Shown in pieces: positions 11,101 to 18,647 of a DNA stretch of 64,000 nt. Below the pieces are notes generated by a model. It made no database searches. It was not told the origin of the DNA and saw nothing but the letters and a program-made list of their open reading frames with translations. The DNA is from a virus, in IMG/VR virus record IMGVR_UViG_3300020183_000011. The stretch is one strand, 5' to 3'. How positions within the stretch are numbered: the first letter of the stretch is position 1; every line of letters begins with the position of its first letter. A program made the translations under genes and the position numbers.

Positions 11101-11791
11101 AACTGGTGTAGCAAGAGCTGCAAAAAGATTAGGTGATAAAGAAATTTCTAAGCGCACTGAAAAATCAGTAGCTCACCATCTTAAACAAAGATATCATTAT
11201 GATAATATGGATGATAGAAAGGCAGCCAATTCTGATAATGCTGCACGTCATCAATATTATCGCGCAAAAGATCATATTGAAAAAGCTTCAGGAGTTAAAG
11301 AAGAAGTAGAGTTAGACGAAGGTCGCATGAAAGAACTTGCAATGGATCTTAAAGATATGAGCCATGACGAGTTTCATAAACATTATGGTAAGCCTAAATC
11401 ATACTATGATCCATTAAACTTCAAGAAGCCAGTACAAAAAGGCCATGAAATGGATCGTGCTAAAGCTTTAGCTCAACGTGGTATCCAATCTTTATCTAAA
11501 GAAGAAGTAGAACAAGAAATGTCACCATACCTAAAAGCAACACTTGCAGTTATGGATGAATCAAAGTACGACGATTATAAAGATGCATTAAGATCTAAGA
11601 AAGCTACTCAATCTGCATATGATAAAGACTTTAAGCCAGACACAACTCATCCACATATTCAAGTGGTTAAGGGTACACAGTATGGCGGAGAGAACCAAAA
11701 AGATGATGACTATGATGAGAAGCCTGATGAACCAAAAGAGAAGCGCGGACGTGGCAGACCAGCGGGATCTAAGTCAGGTGCTAGAGTATAA
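8168..11791 (+). CDS. 1207-aa modular, charged protein; probable internal head polyprotein
   Basis: Repeated KEE(V/A/T)xxxxE linkers; N-terminus MKTLKEF; internal MINFKDYLKE; DUF5824-like module (SGVSLSTLKTVYKRG..AW...RP....QW..ARVNSY). Confidence 0.65.
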   Translation: MKTLKEFNLQINEVLRASDPIDKWISDFVHSKNAKFAGKTTKERIEMAKGAYYGAQKHRMTRMESVAVSQNSTAKVDMREAAREHLVHVNDGSKYDEEPHEKDVEHIMAGVKQHGGEHAGASDKGVFFKFKSKEHADAFKAHANKCPNKSCDAEHVTEGYENDMVDKKKVLNPPIPLTQKKKAVKDFLKKEEAELDEGKVYDPITKKMVASKPIKVQAGGGATRNGVPVETGPSKYKSKLPMSKAAAVLAAEEIGIDEGDNGLAAKAKKSGVSLSTLKTVYKRGVAAWNSGHRPGTTPAQWGMARVNSYITKGKGTYHGADKDLREDARLDKKEYHKGMSAATAKARVAHWKKADKMSDSNPKAYKPAPGDKTAKTTPSVHTKKYHAMYGEAKEGKNKWHIYDTKTREVHSTYNNKNVAIRKYEELNDKHKGYDSPGGLVHSKYGLRQELQKEETEINEISKYTLARYIDKAAQDVHDKALAAGSHHGGKSYKEFMKNYTKSGKRQAGITRAAVKLATQKEEVQVDEAIAKKLPVQHAVNAVTKTLGSQAATRFLGHLKPGTDKHTSWDKVNDALMKQGVQTHHIASIAQKTSHENMNESRGHKVLATFFKNREVAQRAFTGQNQPKAAEPKETDKNKLPMSKAAAVLAAEDQYTSEYKIKYYVDPITGENKQRKIRPHRVNFKNSKMHGEPVQQDAQADYGMKEGYVAEGGFDNYHEIAKELVKRHGKNVDSGHINDIAGERDTHRGLDHSEVMHHVNKILNKEVKEGDEYDEVWKEYKGKTFKKESRMINFKDYLKEALSAKQKKIAAIAGDKDKIDADDLAALRAGKKPVEEAKKCMDEDDMDESGLRMAAHAAHKAGKKEFEFQGKTYPVKVQKEGVLKPELEKGFPARGVKTGASAPKGTTYMPKKNVKEEVEQIDELSKKTLGSYAHKAVDDTQDKVHDAYDSGTPTRHELEVQGGKNNDGKYGYKPLQNRLTGVARAAKRLGDKEISKRTEKSVAHHLKQRYHYDNMDDRKAANSDNAARHQYYRAKDHIEKASGVKEEVELDEGRMKELAMDLKDMSHDEFHKHYGKPKSYYDPLNFKKPVQKGHEMDRAKALAQRGIQSLSKEEVEQEMSPYLKATLAVMDESKYDDYKDALRSKKATQSAYDKDFKPDTTHPHIQVVKGTQYGGENQKDDDYDEKPDEPKEKRGRGRPAGSKSGARV
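8881..10122 (+). repeat. 45-bp direct repeat (8881-8925 and 10078-10122) encoding KLPMSKAAAVLAAE
   Basis: Near-identical nucleotide copies. Confidence 0.9.
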
Positions 11792-11794
11792 ATA
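11787..11794 (+). promoter_or_regulatory. Late promoter
   Basis: TATAAATA, then AAGGAG SD and ATG 11821. Confidence 0.85.
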
Positions 11795-11820
11795 ACTAAT
11801 TACATTTAAGGAGTAATAAA

Positions 11821-12747
11821 ATGGCTTTATGGGGAAAATCAGATACTTTAGCGGCATCGCCAAAGTATGTAACTAGAAAGGCGGTGTTCGATGCGCAGAG
11901 CAAAGTTAGTTCAGCAAATGACACTATCGATCTATCAAGTGCAAATACAAATTTTTCAACAGGTGATGGCGTTGTTTACACTGGTGCTAGCGGCATTGGT
12001 TTAACACAAGACACATCATACTATGTGATGAGACAAACAGATAACACAATTAAGTTAGCAACTACAGAAGCTGGCGCTAAAGCTGGTGCAACTGGTATTA
12101 ACCTAACAGCTGGTGCAACAGGTGCTATTGGTTTCTTACAACGTAATGCTGAAGGTAATGAATCTACTGCAGCAGGTAACGGCGACCATATCAACAACGG
12201 AAGCGACCTCTACTTCATCGATGCTGACGAAGCTCAACAAGCAGAGAACAAAGCTCGCGGATTAACAGGTCCTGGTTGGTGGTTATATCGTTCATGGACA
12301 AATGCAGACGGTTCAGTACAACATAGAGCAGAATGCTTGATCGCTATGGGCGCATACTCAGGTGCTACAGGTGTTGGTACATACCAAGCTCAAACTGGTG
12401 ATGCTTCAGATGATTCAGTTTTAGTAGATGCTACAGTATCTATTACTACACAACCATCTAATGTTTCTGTAACTGCTCCAGCTACAGCTTCATTCTCAAT
12501 AGTTGCTGCAATTGCTGGCGCTGGTTCATTGACATATCAATGGCAAATCCAACAATCAGGTGTTGGTGCATTTGCTGACGTAACTACTGGTTCAGGTGGC
12601 ACAACTGCTACATATACAACTGCTGCAACTGCAGTAGCTGCAGGAGCTGGTGCTACAAACGGTGATAAGTTCCGTTGTATCGTTGGTGCTTCAACAGGTA
12701 ATACAGACGTTACATCTAATGCTGTAACATTAACAGTAACAGCTTAA
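11821..12747 (+). CDS. Virion structural protein with a C-terminal Ig-like domain
   Basis: MALWG start, PGWW motif, SITTQP...LTYQWQ...NGDKFRCIV...TSNAVTLTV Ig signature; late promoter and terminator. Confidence 0.75.
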   Translation: MALWGKSDTLAASPKYVTRKAVFDAQSKVSSANDTIDLSSANTNFSTGDGVVYTGASGIGLTQDTSYYVMRQTDNTIKLATTEAGAKAGATGINLTAGATGAIGFLQRNAEGNESTAAGNGDHINNGSDLYFIDADEAQQAENKARGLTGPGWWLYRSWTNADGSVQHRAECLIAMGAYSGATGVGTYQAQTGDASDDSVLVDATVSITTQPSNVSVTAPATASFSIVAAIAGAGSLTYQWQIQQSGVGAFADVTTGSGGTTATYTTAATAVAAGAGATNGDKFRCIVGASTGNTDVTSNAVTLTVTA

Positions 12748-12748
12748 T

Positions 12749-12778
12749 AGAGTAGGGGAGGAAACTCCCCCCTCTTTT
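12749..12778 (+). terminator. Rho-independent terminator
   Basis: GGGGAG-GAAA-CTCCCC hairpin, then CTCTTTT. Confidence 0.75.
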
Positions 12779-12781
12779 AAT

Positions 12782-13159
12782 ATGAACCAAGTGTTGACAG
12801 AAGATAATTTTTTACAGTATGCTATGCATCATTATGACAATAGCCAATGTTATTCGTTGGAAGAGTTTAATGATGACTTAAAGAGGTTTTTATATCTTAA
12901 GAAGTTGTTTAGTAGATATAAACATGAGTGTGATTTAAAAGAGAACTTAATACTAAATCATCTCATAGTAATCTATAACATATTTGGAGATAGTTCTACT
13001 AATATGTTGTTCTTTAAGATAGAGGAAGAGTATTGGGACACATTAGTAACTTTCTTGGTATTCCTTAACAGGATGCCTGAAGATATACCTCAATACGGAA
13101 TAAAATTATCAGAGATTAAACTTGACGATCATATTATACAAACGCTTAGGAAGATTTAA
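12782..13159 (+). CDS. Conserved T4-like hypothetical protein
   Basis: YAMHHYDN..C...EEF..DLKRF.Y.K.LF...LILNH.I..YN.FG pattern. Confidence 0.75.
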   Translation: MNQVLTEDNFLQYAMHHYDNSQCYSLEEFNDDLKRFLYLKKLFSRYKHECDLKENLILNHLIVIYNIFGDSSTNMLFFKIEEEYWDTLVTFLVFLNRMPEDIPQYGIKLSEIKLDDHIIQTLRKI

Positions 13160-13737
13160 TGTCGCAAGTAATAGATAACATAATAGCTTACAAAGTACTC
13201 ACCATGTTGGTTAAACCCTTCAGGGAGACTGATGCCTATAGATTGGGCATCATCGATGCAAAAGGAAAAAATCTCATAAAGCCTTCTGTTCTTTCCTCAC
13301 AGGAAGAAAAGAACTCTTACACGTTCCTACATCGATTAGTCTTTAACATGAAAAAGATAATCAACAAACTGCCGGGTGGAGAAAGTAAATTAAAGAGTCT
13401 AGCTGCGGCTTTCTTTTTAATCAAAGAATACTATGAAAATAATACTCGTTCTACATCGATGATGGAGGAAAAGTATAATAAACTAATAGAGTCTAATGCG
13501 ATACTAGCAGAAGAAACTATTATCATAGAGAAGTACATGAAAGACATAGATGAAGATGGTGGTGCGGGTGGCGTTTCTGGAGGAGGTGGAGCTAGCGCTG
13601 CTCCAGTTGCAAACGTAACAGGCTCGATGGTATCTACAGACATCCCATTACCTAAAAAGAAAGATTTAGAAAAATACAAGAAGACGAATCAAGCTGGTGT
13701 TGTAGCTATGACTCGTCGTAACAATAAGGTGTTATAA
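13159..13737 (+). CDS. Conserved T4-like hypothetical protein
   Basis: PF.ETDAY.LGIID.KG ... YT.LHRLVFN.K. Confidence 0.75.
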   Translation: MSQVIDNIIAYKVLTMLVKPFRETDAYRLGIIDAKGKNLIKPSVLSSQEEKNSYTFLHRLVFNMKKIINKLPGGESKLKSLAAAFFLIKEYYENNTRSTSMMEEKYNKLIESNAILAEETIIIEKYMKDIDEDGGAGGVSGGGGASAAPVANVTGSMVSTDIPLPKKKDLEKYKKTNQAGVVAMTRRNNKVL

Positions 13738-13738
13738 T

Positions 13739-14344
13739 ATGTGGTTATTGAGCTTATTACCAGATAGTTTACTCTATGGATTTATCCTATCTGTCATGGG
13801 TATCGGAGCAGCACTCTTTATATTTGGTACGTTTACAGTATTCCTGCCTCTAGTTAAAGGTTGGGGTATGTTGATGAGAACGATCGGTACATTACTATTG
13901 ATAGGTAGCGTATACTTATATGGTGGTTATGGTACAGAGATGAAGTGGAGAGCTGAAGCCGCTAAACTAAAAGCAGATATGGATCGTAAGGTCGCATTAT
14001 CTGAAAAGAATTCAAAACAAGTAGTCACAAAATATATTGAAAAAGTAAAGGTAGTTAAGGAGAAAGGTAATGTCATTATTAAAGAAGTCCCTAAATATAT
14101 CACTAAAGATGCTGACGCTAACTGCGTTGTGCCTAAGTCTTTTGTCTTGCTCCACGATTCTGCCGCAAAAAATGAAGTTCCCGACTCCACCCAAGGAGTT
14201 GATGGAGCCGCCAGCGGAACTAAACTCTCTACCATCGGAGAAACAATAACGATCAACTACAATAACTATCATCAGTTATCAGAAAGATTGAAAGCGTTAC
14301 AAGACTGGGTTAGTTCACAAGAAAGAATCTATAATGGCAAATGA
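13739..14344 (+). CDS. Membrane protein, Rz/i-spanin-like
   Basis: N-terminal TM helices, coiled coil, VVTKY..KVKVVKEKG..IIKEVP.Y.....D..C..P..F..LHD.AA. Confidence 0.6.
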   Translation: MWLLSLLPDSLLYGFILSVMGIGAALFIFGTFTVFLPLVKGWGMLMRTIGTLLLIGSVYLYGGYGTEMKWRAEAAKLKADMDRKVALSEKNSKQVVTKYIEKVKVVKEKGNVIIKEVPKYITKDADANCVVPKSFVLLHDSAAKNEVPDSTQGVDGAASGTKLSTIGETITINYNNYHQLSERLKALQDWVSSQERIYNGK

Positions 14345-14717
14345 TTTAGAACAGTTAGAACGTATAGTCGAAAAGCTAGATATATCGATAGATAAGCTTA
14401 CAGAAGTTAGCAATAACGTAAGTAAGTTACTAGCAGTGCATGATACTAGATTAAACGTCATAGAGAAAGATACCGTGCGAAACGAAGACGACATACGAGA
14501 TATTCATGTAAAGATGGATAATATAGCTAAAGAGATCAATGCAAAGTTGGACGAATCTATGCGTAGTAGTGTAGAGGGCCATGCTAAGATCCAAGCTGCT
14601 ATCGAAGACAAGCTTAAAGGCATCGATGCCCGCGTACGAGTATTAGAAGTATGGCGTTGGTTAGTTATTGGCGGTGCACTTGCTATTGGATACCTAGTTA
14701 ATAAGTTGTATAAATGA
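14334..14717 (+). CDS. Coiled-coil protein with C-terminal TM helix (XhlA/holin-like)
   Basis: Heptad repeats then RVRVLEVWRWLVIGGALAIG. Confidence 0.55.
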   Translation: MANDLEQLERIVEKLDISIDKLTEVSNNVSKLLAVHDTRLNVIEKDTVRNEDDIRDIHVKMDNIAKEINAKLDESMRSSVEGHAKIQAAIEDKLKGIDARVRVLEVWRWLVIGGALAIGYLVNKLYK

Positions 14718-15421
14718 AAACCCTTAATGAATTAAAGCTTCAATTACAATACCATAAACAGTTAAATCCAAAGTTATGGGACGGCTTTGTATTGAAACCT
14801 CAGATCAGAGCAAAGCTATTACAGTTCGCAGAAGTATGGAGAGAATATGCTAAGATTCCTAAGTCAGCTGTTAAAGAAGTTATCATGCTCGGCGGAAACG
14901 CTAACTACAATTACACTGATAAGTCTGACATTGATGTACATGTGGTTGTTGATAAGTCTTTAATATCTAAAGATAACCCATTACTAGACGACTACCTACA
15001 AGATAAGAAACAGATGTGGACTATGGCACATAAGATTACCATTCTTGGATATGGGCTAGAACCATATGCACAAGATATATCGGTTGAATATCCAAAACAA
15101 CAAGGCGTCTATTCATTGACAAAGGATGAATGGCTAGCAAAGCCAGAATTTGTTGGTGATGATATGTTGAAAGACCCATACCTTAAGAAGAAGGTTAAGT
15201 TCTATATGAAGATGATCGACGACATGATTAAAGGCCATGTTGATATTGATTCAGTAAAACACTTCAAAGAAAAACTCAGAGACATGCGTGGAGTTGCTAT
15301 TAAGAAAGGTGGAGAGTTCTCATTCGAAAACCTAGTATTTAAAGAACTACGCAATCAAGGCTATTTAGACAAACTATCAGTATACCAAAGAACAGAACAA
15401 GACCAAGCATTAAGTTTATAA
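14714..15421 (+). CDS. Pol-beta-like nucleotidyltransferase
   Basis: LGGNANYNYT..SDIDVHV (G[GS]...DxD) and E.Y.QD; N-terminus MKTLNE. Confidence 0.8.
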   Translation: MKTLNELKLQLQYHKQLNPKLWDGFVLKPQIRAKLLQFAEVWREYAKIPKSAVKEVIMLGGNANYNYTDKSDIDVHVVVDKSLISKDNPLLDDYLQDKKQMWTMAHKITILGYGLEPYAQDISVEYPKQQGVYSLTKDEWLAKPEFVGDDMLKDPYLKKKVKFYMKMIDDMIKGHVDIDSVKHFKEKLRDMRGVAIKKGGEFSFENLVFKELRNQGYLDKLSVYQRTEQDQALSL

Positions 15422-15432
15422 TAAAGGATATC

Positions 15433-15807
15433 ATGGAAAATACTAATGAATTTTGGGGTTATCATCTAATATTGGACTGTCACGCATGTGATGTTCCTAG
15501 CATCAAGAGTTATGATAATGTTCATAACTGGATTAAGACTCTAGTTAAAGATATAGATATGGAACCTATTGGTGAGCCTCGTATCGAATATACAGCAGCA
15601 GAGTTTCCCGACAAGGCAGGATTTACAGCAGTACAGATCATAGTAACATCAAGTATAGTAGCACACTTCATTGACTCTACGGGTGATGTCTATATAGATG
15701 TATTCTCATGCAAGCCGTTTGATAATGCTGTAGTCATCTCCTCAATCAACAAAGCATTTGCTCCTAAGAAAGTCAGAGCTAATTACCTAACCAGACAAGC
15801 TGGATAA
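15433..15807 (+). CDS. speD: S-adenosylmethionine decarboxylase proenzyme
   Basis: WGYHLILD, G.T....I.TS.I..H, Y.DVFSCK motifs. Confidence 0.85.
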   Translation: MENTNEFWGYHLILDCHACDVPSIKSYDNVHNWIKTLVKDIDMEPIGEPRIEYTAAEFPDKAGFTAVQIIVTSSIVAHFIDSTGDVYIDVFSCKPFDNAVVISSINKAFAPKKVRANYLTRQAG

Positions 15808-15808
15808 T

Positions 15809-15837
15809 TGTACTTTAATTAATACATAGGATATAAT
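15809..15837 (+). promoter_or_regulatory. Early/middle-type promoter
   Basis: TGTACT-TTAATT..17 nt-TATAAT; ATG 5 nt later. Confidence 0.8.
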
Positions 15838-15842
15838 ACATT

Positions 15843-16076
15843 ATGAAGTATTTTGATATCAAGTGGATCTCTACGATCCTTATCATAGTATCCGGAACCG
15901 TATTAGCCTTAAAGTTACCTGTCATGAGGTTTGCTTTTCCAGGCTTTGTTATTGCTCATGGCATACTCACACATCACTTCTATAAAGTACATCCAAACAA
16001 ACCACTATTTATCCAAAATATCTACTTCTTTTTCTTAAACATCATGGCCAGTTATATTTGGCTTATTAAAGGATAA
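15843..16076 (+). CDS. Small multi-TM membrane protein
   Basis: 77 aa, three hydrophobic segments. Confidence 0.7.
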   Translation: MKYFDIKWISTILIIVSGTVLALKLPVMRFAFPGFVIAHGILTHHFYKVHPNKPLFIQNIYFFFLNIMASYIWLIKG

Positions 16077-16078
16077 TC

Positions 16079-16132
16079 ATGCAATTTAAACCATTAGGTA
16101 AGAAAGTATTAGTAGCTATATTAGAAAATTAA
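16079..16132 (+). pseudogene. groES: Truncated GroES/gp31-like co-chaperonin N-terminus
   Basis: AAGGA SD + MQFKPLGKKVLVAILEN*; matches the GroES (K/R)PLxx(K/R)V(L/I)V start and stops after 17 aa. Confidence 0.55.
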
Positions 16133-16161
16133 TATACTTTAATTAAGTTATATTATATAAT
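16133..16161 (+). promoter_or_regulatory. Early/middle-type promoter
   Basis: TATACT-TTAATT..17 nt-TATAAT; ATG 6 nt later. Confidence 0.75.
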
Positions 16162-16167
16162 GGTCTT

Positions 16168-16677
16168 ATGACAATGTTGAAGATATTAGCTGTGATGAGT
16201 TTTATCATCATTCAAGGCTGTGCTACAGAATTAGGTGTAAAGCACATGAAAGATCGTGACTATAAAGTTCAAGGTCATTTAGATCGTGACGAGTACGATG
16301 AAATCATTCGTATTGTTAAGGCTAATCCAAACGACATCATAAATTTTTATGCATCAAGCAGAGGCGGTACCAGTCATGACTTATTTGATTGTATGGATGC
16401 ATTATATCAACATGGTCAAGTCTATTGGTATAGTTTAGATCGCTGTGATAGTGCATGTGCTGTATTAGCACTTAGTACCAAACACGCTAACGGGCACTTT
16501 AGGTTACATAGCTTTTATCGGCACCATAACCATCATACTGAGACTGCTCCTGCCTACAATCACCAGATATTAGACCACTTGAACAAATATGGATATGATA
16601 CTACTAAATTAGATCATATGTTTCATAGTGTAGAAGAGCTATGGGATATTACTTTAGATGACGGTAAATTGAAATGA
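16168..16677 (+). CDS. Putative lipoprotein with ClpP/crotonase-like fold
   Basis: Lipobox IIQG-C; S.GG, CDSAC and H motifs. Confidence 0.55.
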   Translation: MTMLKILAVMSFIIIQGCATELGVKHMKDRDYKVQGHLDRDEYDEIIRIVKANPNDIINFYASSRGGTSHDLFDCMDALYQHGQVYWYSLDRCDSACAVLALSTKHANGHFRLHSFYRHHNHHTETAPAYNHQILDHLNKYGYDTTKLDHMFHSVEELWDITLDDGKLK

Positions 16678-16686
16678 AAAAATTAA

Positions 16687-16715
16687 TGTACATTAATTGT
16701 TATTTGAGATATAAT
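16687..16715 (+). promoter_or_regulatory. Early/middle-type promoter
   Basis: TGTACA-TTAATT..17 nt-TATAAT. Confidence 0.8.
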
Positions 16716-16723
16716 TATACTAT

Positions 16724-17737
16724 ATGTTATACATCGATTCTAAATACGTAGGACAAATCTCCTACAAACTCCGTAACTTTAAAAAGAAAGCCGACTACTA
16801 TTGGAACTTTAGTTGTCCGATATGTGGTGACTCAAAGAAAAATACTTTAAAAGCTCGCGGATATGTATTTAAAAATGATAATAGATTAGTATACAAGTGC
16901 CATAATTGTGGTATATCAACTTCTGTAGGTAACTTGATAAAGCAATTAGATCCTATCATGTATAACGAATACGTGTTAGAAAGATATAAAGAATCAACTT
17001 CGCACCACACACCTCATGCCCAGCTTAAATTGGAGACACCTACTGTTTCCGTTGAGTTAAAAGATAATATATTAGATAAGTTGGATCCGATAGAAGTATT
17101 ACCTATCAGTCATCCAGCAATACAGTACCTTATATCACGTAAGATACCTAAAGATAAATGGAAGTTACTTTATTACACAGATACATTTAAAGCATACACT
17201 AATTCTGTAAAGTTTCATTTCACAAACACCAAAGACGATCATCCTCGTATCGTCATACCATACTTTAATGAACATGGTAAAGTATTTGCGTTTCAAGCTA
17301 GAGCACTTGGCGGTGAACAACCTAAGTATTACTCTATTAAGATAGACGATAAAGAAGAGAAGATCTATGCTTTAGATCGTGTAGATTATTCTAAGAGGAT
17401 ATATGTTACAGAAGGTCCTATCGATTCTTTATTTGTGCCTAACTGTATAGCAGTCTCAGGCGCATCATTTGATACACCAACTATTAAATCATTAGCTAGC
17501 AATGCTACGCTTATCATGGATAATGAACCAAGGTCTAAAGAGATATGTAAGTTCATAAACAAGTTGATTGAATCCAATTATACAGTATGTCTATGGCCTG
17601 ACACAGTAAGAGAAAAAGATATCAATGAGATGATCATGGCTGGTAAGACTATCGAGTCAATCATGGACACTATAAATACAAATACATTCCAAGGAATGGA
17701 AGCAAAGCTTAAATTTACACAGTGGAGAAAGTGTTGA
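16724..17737 (+). CDS. 61: DNA primase (T4 gp61-like)
   Basis: CPICGDS...KARG...CHNC zinc finger; TEGPIDS, DNEPR, KDINEM TOPRIM motifs. Confidence 0.97.
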   Translation: MLYIDSKYVGQISYKLRNFKKKADYYWNFSCPICGDSKKNTLKARGYVFKNDNRLVYKCHNCGISTSVGNLIKQLDPIMYNEYVLERYKESTSHHTPHAQLKLETPTVSVELKDNILDKLDPIEVLPISHPAIQYLISRKIPKDKWKLLYYTDTFKAYTNSVKFHFTNTKDDHPRIVIPYFNEHGKVFAFQARALGGEQPKYYSIKIDDKEEKIYALDRVDYSKRIYVTEGPIDSLFVPNCIAVSGASFDTPTIKSLASNATLIMDNEPRSKEICKFINKLIESNYTVCLWPDTVREKDINEMIMAGKTIESIMDTINTNTFQGMEAKLKFTQWRKC

Positions 17738-18606
17738 AAGTACTAATCACAGGAGTTACAGGATACATCGGCTCACACTTAGCAAAGGTGTTATTTGAAG
17801 CTGGTCATAAGATTACCGGGATTGATATACAATGGAAGAAACATAATGATAAAGTGTCTCGTTACTGCCATCGCATATTAATCAAAGACGTAACTAAACA
17901 TATATGTGATGAAGACTATGACGTCATCGTACATCTTGCAGGGCTAATCCAAGTCGAAGAGAGCGTAGCATACCCAACAAAGTACTACTCAACAAACCTT
18001 GGTGGCACAGTAAACATGTTGAGACAAAACATCAACCATGAACCACACTTTATATTCGCATCGACAGCTGGAGCATTTGACGCTCAGTCGCCTTATGCTA
18101 GATCTAAAGTAGCTGCCGAAGATGTCATCAAAGAAAGATCAAAGAACTATACTATATTTAGGTTCTTTAATGTTGCTGGTTCTGATGGTATGCACAGACA
18201 AGTAGGTAGATCCTCACACTTGATTCGTACTGCTGCAGAAGCCGCAGCAGGTAAGAGGGATTACATGAACATTTATGGAGATGATTATGATACACCAGAT
18301 GGTAGTTGTGTTAGGGATTATATTCACGTTGTGGATCTTGTTAACGCTATTCGTGATACGATTAAGCATGGTCCCTTTAACACACCATACGAATGTATTG
18401 GTTCGGGCAAAGGGTACTCGGTCAAAGAAGTAGTTCAAACCATGAAAGATGTTACGGGTCAAGACTTTACCGTAAAGATGGAGGGTCGTAGAGCTGGAGA
18501 TCCTGCTTCTTTAGCAATTAGTAATAGATTCAACCTGTTACAGCCACAATATCAACTAAAAGATATGTGTCTATCTGCATACAACATTGAAATGGCCACT
18601 ATATAA
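17734..18606 (+). CDS. galE: UDP-glucose 4-epimerase
   Basis: TGVTGYIGSH, V.ES...P..YY..N, YARSK, R.FNVAG, DG.CVRDYIHV.DL, RR.GDP; start approximate. Confidence 0.88.
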   Translation: MKVLITGVTGYIGSHLAKVLFEAGHKITGIDIQWKKHNDKVSRYCHRILIKDVTKHICDEDYDVIVHLAGLIQVEESVAYPTKYYSTNLGGTVNMLRQNINHEPHFIFASTAGAFDAQSPYARSKVAAEDVIKERSKNYTIFRFFNVAGSDGMHRQVGRSSHLIRTAAEAAAGKRDYMNIYGDDYDTPDGSCVRDYIHVVDLVNAIRDTIKHGPFNTPYECIGSGKGYSVKEVVQTMKDVTGQDFTVKMEGRRAGDPASLAISNRFNLLQPQYQLKDMCLSAYNIEMATI

Positions 18607-18609
18607 ATA
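18602..18609 (+). promoter_or_regulatory. Late promoter upstream of nrdA
   Basis: TATAAATA. Confidence 0.7.
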
Positions 18610-18647
18610 CAAATAGCCTACCTTAAAAATACACCCACGGAGTTTAA

